DNA of 64,000 nucleotides from Salinivirgaceae bacterium (GCA_024405635.1 JAKSOL010000007.1:40755-104754), one strand, 5' to 3'. Positions 23,058-34,663 are shown, numbered from the stretch's first letter. Made by a program: numbers and translations. The notes: generated from the letters alone by a model not told the origin.

Positions 23058-23645
23058 TTGCATGGCTTTATTAATTCACAATCGAAAAAACTAAAATTTG
23101 AAATGTTTATAGCTCGCGAAAAAAAGAGAACCAATATTGGCGAATACTTCTTGTACATGTTTCAAATTGAAGATATGATACGAGCTTGTAAGTTCGATTC
23201 TCAACTTATTGAGCAATATATACTTCCTCGTTATCCGTCTGATCCAGCAACGCGTTCGCAAATAGGTCAGTGGTATTTCGATTTGGCAGCAATGATGATA
23301 GAGGAGCATATTGAACAATCTGGCCATTTGCTAACCATTCGCAACAAGATTGACGAGGTTTTTGATTTTCACCAGTATTTGCTAACCAATAAAAAAGAAG
23401 GTGCGTATCAGCTTGAATTTGAGCAAGTTTGTCCGATTTTGTGTGAATTGCAAGCTAAGCAAACAAGTGAGCAAACCGACCTTATGGTGGCGCTAAACGC
23501 CATTTATGGCATTGTGTTGCTCAAAATGCAAAACAAAACAGTGTCAGCAGAAACCTTGTCGGCTATTACACAACTTTCCAAATGGATTGGAACACTATCG
23601 CTTCGGTTTAAAGAATATGAGGAAGGCGAGTTTAAATTAGAATAG
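23058..23645 (+). CDS. DUF4924-like protein
   Basis: The N-terminal region KRTNIGEYFLYMFQIEDMIRA matches my recollection of DUF4924. The likely true start is the ATG at 23103. Confidence 0.5.
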   Translation: MHGFINSQSKKLKFEMFIAREKKRTNIGEYFLYMFQIEDMIRACKFDSQLIEQYILPRYPSDPATRSQIGQWYFDLAAMMIEEHIEQSGHLLTIRNKIDEVFDFHQYLLTNKKEGAYQLEFEQVCPILCELQAKQTSEQTDLMVALNAIYGIVLLKMQNKTVSAETLSAITQLSKWIGTLSLRFKEYEEGEFKLE

Positions 23646-26265
23646 TACCACCTCGCATTTGCTCCTTTTCTTCTTTGTTCCGAACAATATTACGAACACC
23701 AATCACAAGCACATCGTCAATTTGTTCACGACTGCCTTTCCATTCTTCAAAGGTGTTTTTGAGTAGGTCGCGTTGCTCATTCATAGATAAATCGTAGTTG
23801 TCAACAATCAGTTGTTTTAGCCTTTTTGCCATAAATTTCATACCGTTGTCGCCACCAAATTGGTCTTGGTAGCCATCGGAGAATATGTAGAACGTGTCGC
23901 CATCCTTAAAAGGATATGTATGGTTTGTGTATTCTTCGGTTGAAGTGTTTGTGATGTTGCAAGTGATAGGAATTTTGTTTCCTTTAAGTTCAATCAGCTC
24001 TTTGTTCTGGAACAAAAACATTGGTCGCATTGCTCCAGCAAATTCTAAGGTTTCAGTATCAGCATCAATTACTGCAAGGGCAATATCCATACCATCGTTG
24101 TGGTTTTCGTGCACGCTACCGCCTTTTAACGATATTTTGATTTTTCGGTTTAAGTGTTTAAGAATTGTTGCAGGCTCGTATATGCCGTTGTGAATTATAA
24201 TAGAGTTGAGTAGGTAGTTGCCCACAATTGACATAAAGGCACCCGGTACTCCATGACCAGTACAATCAACAGCTGCAATAAAGTATTTGTTGTTAATGCG
24301 GTGGTACCAATAAAAATCGCCACTAACAATGTCTTTGGGCATAAATAGAACAAAACTTTCGGGGAATTCGCGCTGTAGATGCGAAATTTTGGGCATTAGG
24401 GCTGTTTGTATGCGTTTTGCATACTTTATACTTCCAAAAATCTCTTCTTGTTTTAATTCAAGTTCTTCTTTTTGTCGCAAAGCATTGTTACGTTGTTTTT
24501 CTGATTCGCGTTTTTGAACTTCAATTCGGGTTTCGTAAGTTTTTAGCGATGTTATGTCAGTTTCAATTGAAATAATAATCTTAACCCGGTTGTTTTTGTC
24601 CATTACAGGGGTTAATGTTGTTTGTGTCCATTTAGATTCATTACCATTTGGGTCTTTGTATTCGGTTTCATAATCTTGGTGCATTTTTTCGCGAATACAT
24701 GTAGGTAATACCAATTGAAGTTCTTTGTTTTTTATCACATCAAGAATATTCATTGGATGTCCTGATTTGTAGGTTTCCAAACTCATATTCATGTGGCGTG
24801 AGAATTGCGAGTTAAACCATGTTATGGTTCCGTCGGTTTTAAAAATGGCTATACTATTTTGTGTTTTGTCGGTTACTTGAGTTACTTGCTCAAGGGCTAT
24901 TGTTCGTTGCTCAAGTATCTCTTTTTGCGCTCTAAGCAACTCTCGTTGGTCAAGCAGGTCGTTGCGTTGTTTGGTAACCAAATCGTGTTGTAGACGAATT
25001 TCTTCTTTTTGGCGGTTAATAGTATCGGTGCGCTCTTTTGTGTTTTGAGCAACGGTTTTGTTCATGTTTAGCACTTTTTGGCGCGATGCATGAAAGTTGT
25101 CAAAATACACATATACAATAAATATCATTACTAGTACAGTTGCTATTGTTGTGTGTTCTGTGCCTTCTACTGGAGTACCAAATGTTTCGCAAATCAATGG
25201 CCACAAAATCAATATGTGTATGGTTATTAAAACTCCAAGTTTAATATAGTAGTCAGGATTTTTTTGTTTGTAATTGTATGCTGCAACTGTTAATAGGAAA
25301 AGCGATAACAATTCAAGTAATAGAGTAGGATGTATCATAACTCTATAGGGCAACACCAACGACACCAACGACACAATCAATCCTAATGTAATGGTAGTAT
25401 ATCCAACTTTACGTGAAAACTTTTGGTCTGGGTCAACCATGCACATTGTAATAAAGTAGTTGATTAGCAACAAACTGAGCATGAATAAGAATGTGCGTAT
25501 AATAGTTAATGTTGCTGTGGGCGAGGTTATTATGTTGCTTATTATGCACGGGTGCTGGCTTAAAAGCATGGTTAACGAACCTAAAACCAAAGCAACAAAT
25601 CCCGAAGTGCTTGCTGTTCGTTCAGCCCAAAGCATGTTTATCGATAGCCATAACTCAACAAACAATATCCAAAACAATCCACCTATCAGTAATTCATGTT
25701 TATTGGTCTTGTGTAAATATTCCTTAAACGATGTAAGGCTTATTTTAGTTGTTTGTGAGTATGGTAGATTTGAAATGCGAGCAGCGTATGTATATTCTGT
25801 TTTTGATTCAATGCTAAAATTTACATCAAAGTAATCTGATGGAATAGGGCGAGTTATAAATGGTTTTGTGCAACCAGTTTTTATAACGCCATGAAATTTA
25901 GTTGAGTAAAATTCAACATTACTCAAAAAACTATTTTTTAAACGCCAAACCAACGATTGGGCAACATTCGATTCGTTGCGAATGGTTACAAAAACCCAAT
26001 ATGTTTTGTTGTTTTGAACAGTAAACATTGGTTCGCTTAACAATGTGCAGTTCCTTAAATTGCTATCGGCTATAACCTGTTGAAAGGTCATTGTGTCGGT
26101 AGGGTCGTAAAACAAAAATGCTTCCTCTTCTAAACTCAAATTACCATCAAAATAGTAAAGTGAATCTATTACAATGTCGCATCGGCCTACTAGTGCCGAA
26201 CAAATAAATATGCCTAATAAAAGGCTTTTGATGGCTATTTGTTTTAGTTTTTCTATTAGTTGCAT
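23632..26265 (-). CDS. 7TMR-DISM sensor with PAS-like region and SpoIIE/PP2C phosphatase domain
   Basis: 877 aa with a signal/extracellular domain, 7 TM helices, a coiled coil, and a C-terminal PP2C-like region (DCTGHGVPGAFMS ... FSDGYQDQFGG). Confidence 0.7.
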   Translation of the reverse strand: MQLIEKLKQIAIKSLLLGIFICSALVGRCDIVIDSLYYFDGNLSLEEEAFLFYDPTDTMTFQQVIADSNLRNCTLLSEPMFTVQNNKTYWVFVTIRNESNVAQSLVWRLKNSFLSNVEFYSTKFHGVIKTGCTKPFITRPIPSDYFDVNFSIESKTEYTYAARISNLPYSQTTKISLTSFKEYLHKTNKHELLIGGLFWILFVELWLSINMLWAERTASTSGFVALVLGSLTMLLSQHPCIISNIITSPTATLTIIRTFLFMLSLLLINYFITMCMVDPDQKFSRKVGYTTITLGLIVSLVSLVLPYRVMIHPTLLLELLSLFLLTVAAYNYKQKNPDYYIKLGVLITIHILILWPLICETFGTPVEGTEHTTIATVLVMIFIVYVYFDNFHASRQKVLNMNKTVAQNTKERTDTINRQKEEIRLQHDLVTKQRNDLLDQRELLRAQKEILEQRTIALEQVTQVTDKTQNSIAIFKTDGTITWFNSQFSRHMNMSLETYKSGHPMNILDVIKNKELQLVLPTCIREKMHQDYETEYKDPNGNESKWTQTTLTPVMDKNNRVKIIISIETDITSLKTYETRIEVQKRESEKQRNNALRQKEELELKQEEIFGSIKYAKRIQTALMPKISHLQREFPESFVLFMPKDIVSGDFYWYHRINNKYFIAAVDCTGHGVPGAFMSIVGNYLLNSIIIHNGIYEPATILKHLNRKIKISLKGGSVHENHNDGMDIALAVIDADTETLEFAGAMRPMFLFQNKELIELKGNKIPITCNITNTSTEEYTNHTYPFKDGDTFYIFSDGYQDQFGGDNGMKFMAKRLKQLIVDNYDLSMNEQRDLLKNTFEEWKGSREQIDDVLVIGVRNIVRNKEEKEQMRGGTILI

Positions 26266-26270
26266 CTCTT

Positions 26271-28262
26271 TTATCGGTTTTTATAGGCTGTTATTCCACT
26301 ATTTAAATATTCTATAAATGCATCAACATTTAAGTTATATCCGCGTGGTTCTGCCAATAGGTTTTCGTCAGCGTCAAGCAGGCAGTAGTATGGTTGAGCA
26401 TTTATGTTGAATTTGCTCACTTGAATATCGGAATTGACTTTGCCTATTGTGGTTTTCATTTTTCCATCGTAGTCAGATTTTTTCCAATCTTGTTCATCAA
26501 GTTCGGTTTTGTCGTCAACGTATAGTTCAACTATTATGTAGTTGTCTGTCAATGTTTTAAGTACTCGGCTGTCTGACCATACACGAGCTTCCATCTCGCG
26601 ACAGTTTACGCATCCGTGACCTGTAAAACTTACAAACAAAGGTTTGTTTTGTTTGCGTGCACAATTTAGTGCTTGCTCATAGTCAAAATATCCTTGTAAA
26701 CCATGTGGTAAATGCAATATGTTGGCATATTTTGGATTTTCGCACAAATCAAATGTTTTACCATTGCTTTGTAGTGTAGTTTGTTGTACAAAGTCCATTG
26801 TTGACATTGGAGGTAAATATCCAGCTAGTGCTTTTAATGGAGCGCCCCACATGCCAGGAATTAAGTAAACCACAAATGCAAATGTGACAATTGATGTAAA
26901 TAATCGGCCAACCGATAGCTTCTCAATTGATTCATCATCGTTTGGTAGTTTTATCTTTCCAATTAGATAAAGTCCTAATAACGAGAAAATTACAATCCAT
27001 AAAGCAATGTAAACTTCGCGGTCAAGAATGCCCCAATGGTATGTTTGGTCGGCTACGCTTAAAAATTTTAAACCAAGTGCCAATTCAATAAACCCAAGCA
27101 CTACTTTAATAGTGTTTAACCAACTTCCTGATTTTGGTAGTTTATTTAACCAACTAGGAAAAAAAGCAAACAAAGTAAATGGTAGTGCAAATGCTACAGA
27201 AAAGGCAATCATTGTAATTATTGGTTCCCAAATGTCGCCACGAGTCGATTCAACTATAATTGTTCCAACAATTGGTCCTGTGCACGAGAACGAAACCAAT
27301 ACTAAAGTTGCTGCCATAAAAAATACACCAAGCAATCCGCCTTTATCTGCGTTTTGGTCGGCTTTGTTAACTAACCAACTTGGTAATGTAATTTCAAATG
27401 CACCTAAAAATGATGCAGCAAACACCATAAAAATTACAAAAAACAACACATTTGGTAGCCAATGGGTTGATATCCAATTAAAAATATCAGCAGTAATAGA
27501 TTGACCTCCAATAAAATATGTTGCAAGTATTATAATTGCTATGGGTAAGGTGTATAATGCTACGATTGACAAACCGTATGCCGATGCATTTAATCTGCTC
27601 TGTGATTTGCTTTTGCTATTTCGTATAAAAAACGAAACTGTCATTGGTATCATTGGAAATACGCAAGGTGTTAACAGTGCTGCAAATCCCCAAAGAATAG
27701 CTTCAAGTATTATTTTCCATAAAGTTGACAAGCTGCGCGTTGTTGCCGCTTCTATCTCTTTTTCAGTAGTTTGTTCGCTTATGTCTTCTGCTTGAAAAAT
27801 GCTGAAAACTTTTTCACCATTTGTGCATAGTTCGTCGTTGCATGCTTGATAATTTACTGTTACAGTTGCTGTAGGATTTTTTGTACTAACCTTTATTTGT
27901 TGTACAAACACTGCTGTTTGTGAAAAGTAGTAGGTCATTACATTGGCTATTTTGTCCATTTCGGCAATAGCTTTGCTAACTTCTATCACCGAATCAATAA
28001 GTTCAACTCCATTACCAACTGAAAATTCAAATTGCGTAGGTAGAACATAATTGCCTTCTGGCAACGATTGAGCATAAATGTGCCAACCTTTGTCAATGTT
28101 AGCAGTCAATTTTAATTCATAAGTTGAATCGGATGTCTGTTTGCAGCTTTTTTGCCATTTAACGGGCTCAATTAGTTGTGCTTTGGCTGCAATCGATAGC
28201 AATAGTACCAATGTTACAAGTGCTATTTGCTTTATATATGTTCTCATATATCTATATTTCAA
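26271..28262 (-). CDS. dsbD: protein-disulfide reductase DsbD family
   Basis: 663 aa. The central TM domain has CVFPMIP and SCTGPIVG motifs, and the C-terminal thioredoxin fold has a CVNC motif. Confidence 0.8.
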   Translation of the reverse strand: MKYRYMRTYIKQIALVTLVLLLSIAAKAQLIEPVKWQKSCKQTSDSTYELKLTANIDKGWHIYAQSLPEGNYVLPTQFEFSVGNGVELIDSVIEVSKAIAEMDKIANVMTYYFSQTAVFVQQIKVSTKNPTATVTVNYQACNDELCTNGEKVFSIFQAEDISEQTTEKEIEAATTRSLSTLWKIILEAILWGFAALLTPCVFPMIPMTVSFFIRNSKSKSQSRLNASAYGLSIVALYTLPIAIIILATYFIGGQSITADIFNWISTHWLPNVLFFVIFMVFAASFLGAFEITLPSWLVNKADQNADKGGLLGVFFMAATLVLVSFSCTGPIVGTIIVESTRGDIWEPIITMIAFSVAFALPFTLFAFFPSWLNKLPKSGSWLNTIKVVLGFIELALGLKFLSVADQTYHWGILDREVYIALWIVIFSLLGLYLIGKIKLPNDDESIEKLSVGRLFTSIVTFAFVVYLIPGMWGAPLKALAGYLPPMSTMDFVQQTTLQSNGKTFDLCENPKYANILHLPHGLQGYFDYEQALNCARKQNKPLFVSFTGHGCVNCREMEARVWSDSRVLKTLTDNYIIVELYVDDKTELDEQDWKKSDYDGKMKTTIGKVNSDIQVSKFNINAQPYYCLLDADENLLAEPRGYNLNVDAFIEYLNSGITAYKNR

Positions 28263-28344
28263 AATCTTTGTTCCGAAATATAGTAAATAGCTTGCTAAAC
28301 GCGTTGATTTTGGGGCATAAAAAAACGCAACGGTAAATGCTGCG

Positions 28345-29895
28345 TTACAAGTATATTTTTTCGTTCTTTTTATCCAAGAAATTGAACTCTAGGAAAGTAT
28401 TTGCTATTGAAGGGATAACTCGTAAGCGATGTAAGTATCGCATTTTCCAACGCATCTTTATTGAAAACAAACCTTTGTTTAGATAAGCTGCAATAAATGG
28501 GTGAACAACAAGGTTCACTCGTTTGTTTTTATAGTTTGTTAAGCCCCATCGAATAATATTTTCCAATTCGTCAACAATAAGGAATGGGGGAGTAACTTCG
28601 CCAGTTCCGTTGCACGAAGGGCATTTTTCGGTAGTGTGTACCTTTGTTTCAGGGCGCACACGTTGGCGAGTTATTTGTATTAGTCCAAATTTACTCAATG
28701 GCAGAACGTGATGACGTGCGCGGTCGCCTGCCATACATTCTTTCATGTATTCGTATAGTTTCTGCTTGTTTTCAGCAGTGTGCATATCAATAAAGTCAAT
28801 AACAATGATGCCGCCCATATCGCGCAACCTAAGTTGGCGAGCAATCTCAGCTGCAGCAATCATGTTAACATCAATTGCATTATCTTCTTGATTGATATTG
28901 TTTTGTGTCCGGTTGCCAGAGTTTACATCAATTACGTGCAGTGCCTCAGTGTGCTCAATTACCAAGTATGCACCTTTTTGCATTACTACAACCTTGCCAA
29001 ATAGTGTTTTAATCTGTTTTTCAAGGCCAAAATGGTCAAAAATTGGTTGTCCTTTATCGTAGAACTTTACAATTTTTTCTTGCTCAGGAGCAATAGCGTG
29101 GATGTAGTTATAGGCTTCCTCAAAAATCTTCTTGTCGTTTGTGTAAATGCTATTAAAGTCGGGGCTGAATGAGTCTCGTAGCATTGATGTTGTACGATCA
29201 AGTTCGCCAATCACCAATTTTGGTGGGGTCGATTTTCTAATAATGTTAAAGGCATTTTCCCATTTTTCAACCAATTCGCGTAATTCTGCGTCAAGGTCTG
29301 AAATTCGACAATTTTCAGCAACTGTACGTACAATTACACCATAGTTTTTAGGTTTAACACTTTCAATCATTTGGTGTAAGTGTTTCTTAACCTCGTCGCT
29401 TTTTATTTTTTGTGAAATAGAAACTCTGTTTGAAAATGGAATTAGTACCAAATTTCGCCCAGCTATTGATATTTCAGAAGTTAGTCTTGGGCCTTTGGTT
29501 GAAATGGGTTCTTTTGCTATCTGCACTAGGATTAGTTGACCTTCTTTAAGTACTTGATTTATTTTCCCGTGCTTGTCGATGTCTGGAGCCAATTCGAGAT
29601 TGTTGATTGATACAGGCCAATTCTTGCGCGATATAACGTTCTGAAGGTGGTCGTTCAACGATTTGAATTGGGGACCAAGGTCAAGGTAGTGTAGAAAAGC
29701 ATCTTTTTCATAACCAACATTTACAAACGCTGCATTCAGCCCAGGCATAACCTTTTTTACCTTAGCTAAATAGATATCACCAACCGCGTAATTGAAGTTA
29801 GTTTTTTCGCGGTTAAGTTCTACCAGTCGTTTGTCTTCCATAAGTGCAATTACAACCTCGCTTGGAGTTGAATTGATCACTAGTTCTTTATTCAC
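28345..29895 (-). CDS. rng: Rne/Rng-family ribonuclease (RNase G)
   Basis: 516 aa with an S1-like N-terminus, a catalytic core (IDVNSG, IVIDFIDM) and a CPSCNGTG zinc link. Confidence 0.85.
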   Translation of the reverse strand: MNKELVINSTPSEVVIALMEDKRLVELNREKTNFNYAVGDIYLAKVKKVMPGLNAAFVNVGYEKDAFLHYLDLGPQFKSLNDHLQNVISRKNWPVSINNLELAPDIDKHGKINQVLKEGQLILVQIAKEPISTKGPRLTSEISIAGRNLVLIPFSNRVSISQKIKSDEVKKHLHQMIESVKPKNYGVIVRTVAENCRISDLDAELRELVEKWENAFNIIRKSTPPKLVIGELDRTTSMLRDSFSPDFNSIYTNDKKIFEEAYNYIHAIAPEQEKIVKFYDKGQPIFDHFGLEKQIKTLFGKVVVMQKGAYLVIEHTEALHVIDVNSGNRTQNNINQEDNAIDVNMIAAAEIARQLRLRDMGGIIVIDFIDMHTAENKQKLYEYMKECMAGDRARHHVLPLSKFGLIQITRQRVRPETKVHTTEKCPSCNGTGEVTPPFLIVDELENIIRWGLTNYKNKRVNLVVHPFIAAYLNKGLFSIKMRWKMRYLHRLRVIPSIANTFLEFNFLDKKNEKIYL

Positions 29896-30045
29896 AATGT
29901 TGATTATTGATGGTTACGTTTCTATCAAAAAATGCTGATTGCTAAATTGATAGAAAGTTAGAGTTTTTGTTTGTTGCATAAAAAAACAATAAACCTTGAG
30001 AGGCCTAGCTCCGAAGGTTTATTGCTTGAAAAGTTAATTAACTAA

Positions 30046-30135
30046 TTAGCTTTTTTTGTGGCGATTCTTGCGCAAACGTTTTTTACGTTTGTGAGTAGCC
30101 ATTTTATGTCTTTTGTGTTTTTTACCGTTTGGCAT
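30046..30135 (-). CDS. 29-aa highly basic peptide (bS22 / AURKAIP1-COX24-like small ribosomal protein candidate)
   Basis: Hand-translated as MPNGKKHKRHKMATHKRKKRLRKNRHKKS*. It is too short for the ORF track. It lies just downstream of hup on the same strand and is followed by a hairpin and T-run terminator (about 29985-30022). Confidence 0.5.
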   Translation of the reverse strand: MPNGKKHKRHKMATHKRKKRLRKNRHKKS

Positions 30136-30155
30136 AGTTGTATATTTTTAAATGA

Positions 30156-30440
30156 TTATTTTTTTACGCTTTTTACTTTAACTGAGAAAGTTTTAGCTGG
30201 CTTAAATGATGGAATTGAGTGCTCAGGGATAATCAAAGTTGTGTTCTTTGAAATATTGCGTGCTGTTTTTTGAGCTCTTGTTTTTACAACAAAACTACCA
30301 AAACCTCTTAAGTATACGTTTTCTCCTTTTTCCAACGAAGCTTTGATTGAGTTCATGAAAGCCTCTACTGATTTTTGTACTGTTACTTTCTCGATGCCTG
30401 TGTGTCTCGAGATTTCGTTAACGATGTCTGCTTTTGTCAT
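30156..30440 (-). CDS. hup: HU family DNA-binding protein
   Basis: 94 aa: MTKADIVNEIS...GFGSF..K.R..R..RN typical of HU/IHF. Confidence 0.9.
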   Translation of the reverse strand: MTKADIVNEISRHTGIEKVTVQKSVEAFMNSIKASLEKGENVYLRGFGSFVVKTRAQKTARNISKNTTLIIPEHSIPSFKPAKTFSVKVKSVKK

Positions 30441-30639
30441 AGCTAAATCTTTTTATAATCAATAATTTAAGTTTTCCTCAAATGAGACCGCAAATATAGA
30501 GATTGAATAATGAACTCAAAACAAAAACTCAAAAAAAAAATCTTAAAATTTTCACTATTAAATGGATGCGTTTTTGCCTTATATATTATTGCGTAAATAT
30601 GGTTTTTATGAGGTGTTGTGTGTGTTTTATATTGCTTAA

Positions 30640-30975
30640 TTACAACATGTCTTTAACTTCTTTTAGCATGTCGCGAATCGATTCAAGCGAGCGAATGACT
30701 TCAAAGTTATTTATGGTGTCCTCTTTGTTGTCTTTTAGCTTTTTCTTAGCACCGTCAAGTGTGAGCCCGCGTTCTTTTACAAGGTGGTAAATAATGCCAA
30801 AGTTGTTTACATCGTTTTGAGTAAACATGCGGTTGCCTTTTTTGTTTCTTTGTGGTTTAATGACATCAAATTCGCGCTCCCAATATCTTATTAGCGAGGC
30901 ATTTACGTTAAACATGTCGGCTATTTCACCAATGGTGAAGAATAGCTTTTCTGTGGGTTGTTCTTTATATGGCAT
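30640..30975 (-). CDS. MerR family transcriptional regulator
   Basis: 111 aa with an N-terminal HTH: FTIGEIADMFNVNASLIRYWEREF. Confidence 0.8.
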   Translation of the reverse strand: MPYKEQPTEKLFFTIGEIADMFNVNASLIRYWEREFDVIKPQRNKKGNRMFTQNDVNNFGIIYHLVKERGLTLDGAKKKLKDNKEDTINNFEVIRSLESIRDMLKEVKDML

Positions 30976-30987
30976 AATAAATAGGTA

Positions 30988-31959
30988 TTAGTCAAAACTC
31001 ATTGTCATTTGGCTTGATGCGTTTATCATCTCGTCGTATTCCTCTGGTGTGAGGTCTGCATAGTAGTAGTTTACTGGGTTTTCGGTTTTGTCATTTTTTC
31101 GTACTTCGTAGTGTAAGTGTGGTGCTGTTGAACGTCCAGTGTTGCCAACTTCGCCAATTATATCGCCGCGCTTAACTTTTTTGCCCACTTTAACATATGT
31201 ATCGTTAAGATGTGCGTATAATGTTTTGTATCCAAAACCGTGGTCTATTATTACTTTTTTACCATAGCCACCGCTTGAAAATCCTGCACTAACAACAACA
31301 CCATCGCCTGTAGCGTGAACTTGTGTGCCAACTGGTGCTGTAAGGTCAATGCCGTTGTGCATTTTTAGTGTGCGGTATATTGGGTGTATTCTGTATCCAA
31401 AACCCGATGCAAATCGAGTTAGGTTTTTGTCTGAAATGGGAGATATAGCAGGTATTGATTTTAAATACTGTTCTTTTTCTTGTATCATTTTCATAACCTC
31501 GCTATACGATTCGGTTTGAGTTACAATTTTGTGCGTTAATCCGTCAATTTTGCTGGCTGTTTCAACCAATAGTTCTGAATTCGAAAGTTCTGATAAGTCT
31601 TTGTAAGGATCAACGCCTCCATGTCCTCCTTGTTTTTGGTCGTCTGTCATGGGGTCAATACCAAATATTAAGCGATAAATATTGTTGTCGTGCTTTTGAA
31701 TCTCGTCCATGCTTTGCTCTAAGGTCTTTAATTTTTGGTTCAAAATGTTGTATTGGGCCAAAAGCTCTTTATTCTCGCGTTTTTGATATTTCTCTGCAGG
31801 TGTGTCAAAAAAGAATGAGAAAACAAATACTATGAGGCATGAAATAGAAAAAAGTATCAGCACATTTTTGAAAAATCGGAGTACACGTTGCTTGCCTGTA
31901 ACTACAATTTCTTCGTAGCTAAGGTTATCGGGGTTGAATTTGTACTTGATTTTTGACAT
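30988..31959 (-). CDS. M23 family metallopeptidase
   Basis: 323 aa with a TM anchor, a coiled coil, and HNGIDL ... GNTGRSTAPHLHYE motifs. Confidence 0.85.
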   Translation of the reverse strand: MSKIKYKFNPDNLSYEEIVVTGKQRVLRFFKNVLILFSISCLIVFVFSFFFDTPAEKYQKRENKELLAQYNILNQKLKTLEQSMDEIQKHDNNIYRLIFGIDPMTDDQKQGGHGGVDPYKDLSELSNSELLVETASKIDGLTHKIVTQTESYSEVMKMIQEKEQYLKSIPAISPISDKNLTRFASGFGYRIHPIYRTLKMHNGIDLTAPVGTQVHATGDGVVVSAGFSSGGYGKKVIIDHGFGYKTLYAHLNDTYVKVGKKVKRGDIIGEVGNTGRSTAPHLHYEVRKNDKTENPVNYYYADLTPEEYDEMINASSQMTMSFD

Positions 31960-32053
31960 TTTCTTAACGTTTGACAGGCAAAACTAATGAAAAAAGATAT
32001 TTTTGCAATCTTTTTGAGAAAGTAAAATACATAACAACGATAATTGTAACTTT

Positions 32054-34663
32054 ATGAATTCTAAAGAGATACGTAACACCTTTAAGGAGTTTTTCGCATC
32101 AAAACAACACCAAATTGTGAGCAGTGCTCCAATGGTTGTGAAAGGTGACCCTACGTTGATGTTCACCAACGCAGGTATGAACCAATTTAAAGACATCTTT
32201 TTGGGCATATCGCCTCGTAAATGGCCTCGTGTTGCAAACAGCCAAAAATGTTTGCGCGTTTCAGGTAAGCATAACGACTTGGAGGAGGTTGGTCACGACA
32301 CCTACCACCATACAATGTTTGAAATGCTTGGAAACTGGTCGTTTGGCGATTACTTTAAAGAGGAGGCAATTGCTTGGGCATGGGAGTTGTTAACCGAAGT
32401 GTATAAACTTCCTGTCGATCGCTTGTATGCTACTGTGTTTGAGGGCGATGAGTCTGAAAACCTTGCGCTTGATACTGAGGCTGAAAACTTTTGGTTAAAA
32501 TATCTTCCTCGCGAACGTGTTATTCATGGCAACAAACATGATAACTTTTGGGAGATGGGCGCTACAGGTCCTTGCGGTCCTTGCTCTGAAATTCATATTG
32601 ACTTGCGCGACGATTCGGAACGCGAAAAAATTCCAGGCCGTGAGTTGGTTAACCAAAGCAACCCTCAAGTGATTGAAATTTGGAACCTTGTGTTTATGCA
32701 ATATAACCGCAAGGCCGACGGCTCGCTTGAATTGCTACCTCACAAACATGTTGATACCGGTATGGGTTTTGAACGCTTGTGCATGGCTTTGCAAGGCAAA
32801 AAATCAAACTACGATACCGATGTTTTTCAGCCTATAATTAAAGCTATTGGTAAACTTTGCGGTTGTGAGTATGGAAAATCGGAACAAGTTGACGTTGCAA
32901 TGCGTGTGGTTGCTGACCACTTGCGTACCATTGCATTCTCAATTACCGATGGCCAGTTGCCTTCAAACGCTAAAGCTGGTTACGTTATTCGCCGAATTTT
33001 GCGTCGTGCTGTTCGTTATGGATACACATTCTTGGGCCAACGTAACTCGTTTATGTATAAGTTATTGCCTGCTTTGATTGATAATATGGGCGATGCTTAT
33101 CCTGAACTTGGATTGCAAAAAAACTTGGTTGAAAAAGTGATGAAAGAGGAGGAAGATGCATTTCTTCGTACACTCGAAACTGGTATTAAATTGCTTGACA
33201 AGGTGATGGCAGAAACTAAAGCTGCTGGTAAAACACAAATTACAGGTGTAGAGGCATTTACATTGTACGATACCTTCGGTTTTCCTCTCGATTTAACAGA
33301 ACTGATTCTTCGCGAAAATGGATTGACCGTTAATCAAGAAGAATTTGATGCTGAAATGCAAAAGCAAAAAGACCGTGCTCGAAATGCTGCATCAATTGAA
33401 ACTGGCGATTGGGTTGAACTGAAAGAGGGCGAGAGTGAGTTTGTTGGCTATGATGTACTTGATGTTGATGTTGAGGTACTTCGTTACCGCAAAATCAAAC
33501 AAAAGAACAAAGAGTTGTTCCAAATAGTACTTAATCGTACTCCTTTCTATGCTGAAATGGGTGGTCAGTTGGGCGATACTGGTTATCTTGAGAGCGAAGA
33601 TGGTCGTATTGACATTATTGACACCAAGAAAGAAAACAACTTGAGTGTGCATTATGCTGAAAAAATGCCAGCAGATCCAACTGTTTCGTTCCGCGCAGTG
33701 GTTGATACCGAAAAACGTGAACAAACAACTTGCAACCATACTGCAACTCACTTGTTGCACTATGCATTGCGTCAAGTGCTAGGTACTCATGTTGAGCAAA
33801 AAGGATCTTTGGTATCGCCTAATAGTTTGCGTTTCGATTTCTCGCATTTCCAAAAAGTAACAGACGAAGAGTTGCGCCAAGTTGAGATTATTGCAAACAA
33901 ACTAGTTCGCGAAGATTTGCCACTTGACGAGGCTCGTAATATGCCAATTGACCAAGCAAAGGCAATGGGAGCAATGGCATTGTTTGGTGAAAAATATGGC
34001 GATTCGGTTCGAGTTATAAAATATGGCCCATCGGTTGAACTTTGCGGTGGTACTCACGTAGCATCAACTGGTCACATAGGTTCAATTCGTATTTTGGCCG
34101 AAAGTTCTGTTGCTGCAGGTGTTCGCCGTATTGAGGCTGTTACAGCTGCCAAAGCTGACGAAGTTTTTTACGCATCTCAAGATATTCACCGCAACATTAA
34201 AGCTTTGTTCAATAACACACCAAATCTTGAGCAAACAATACGCAAAGCTCTTGACGAAAACGTTGAATTGAAAAAGCAGATTGAGGAATTTATGGCCGAA
34301 AAAGCTAAAGCAGTAAAAGACGAGATTCTTGCTAAAGCTGAAATTAAAAATGGAGTGAAATTGGTAGTGCTTAAAGGCATTTATCCTGCCGATTTTGTTA
34401 AAAATGTTGCATTCCAAATTCGCGGACAAGAGAAAAACGCAACAGCATTTATTGCTGCAACCGTTGATACAGAAAAACCATTAATTACTGTTGCTTTGAG
34501 CGACGATCTTGTTGTTGCTGGTAAAAATGCAACAAATATGATTCGTAGCGTTGCCAAAGAAATTCAAGGTGGTGGCGGTGGTCAACCTTTCTTTGCGACT
34601 GCGGGCGGTAAAAATGCATCAGGTCTTGAAACTGCATTAAAAATGCTTGTTGAGTCAATTTAA
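32054..34663 (+). CDS. alaS: alanine--tRNA ligase
   Basis: 869 aa with the class II core, the editing-domain HTATHLLH motif, and a C-terminal DHHA1-like GGGG region. Confidence 0.95.
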   Translation: MNSKEIRNTFKEFFASKQHQIVSSAPMVVKGDPTLMFTNAGMNQFKDIFLGISPRKWPRVANSQKCLRVSGKHNDLEEVGHDTYHHTMFEMLGNWSFGDYFKEEAIAWAWELLTEVYKLPVDRLYATVFEGDESENLALDTEAENFWLKYLPRERVIHGNKHDNFWEMGATGPCGPCSEIHIDLRDDSEREKIPGRELVNQSNPQVIEIWNLVFMQYNRKADGSLELLPHKHVDTGMGFERLCMALQGKKSNYDTDVFQPIIKAIGKLCGCEYGKSEQVDVAMRVVADHLRTIAFSITDGQLPSNAKAGYVIRRILRRAVRYGYTFLGQRNSFMYKLLPALIDNMGDAYPELGLQKNLVEKVMKEEEDAFLRTLETGIKLLDKVMAETKAAGKTQITGVEAFTLYDTFGFPLDLTELILRENGLTVNQEEFDAEMQKQKDRARNAASIETGDWVELKEGESEFVGYDVLDVDVEVLRYRKIKQKNKELFQIVLNRTPFYAEMGGQLGDTGYLESEDGRIDIIDTKKENNLSVHYAEKMPADPTVSFRAVVDTEKREQTTCNHTATHLLHYALRQVLGTHVEQKGSLVSPNSLRFDFSHFQKVTDEELRQVEIIANKLVREDLPLDEARNMPIDQAKAMGAMALFGEKYGDSVRVIKYGPSVELCGGTHVASTGHIGSIRILAESSVAAGVRRIEAVTAAKADEVFYASQDIHRNIKALFNNTPNLEQTIRKALDENVELKKQIEEFMAEKAKAVKDEILAKAEIKNGVKLVVLKGIYPADFVKNVAFQIRGQEKNATAFIAATVDTEKPLITVALSDDLVVAGKNATNMIRSVAKEIQGGGGGQPFFATAGGKNASGLETALKMLVESI

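Noticed and set aside
23632-23645. A 14-bp overlap of the convergent genes DUF4924-like and 7TMR-DISM/SpoIIE.
   Set aside because: A small convergent 3' overlap is common and has no evident special meaning.
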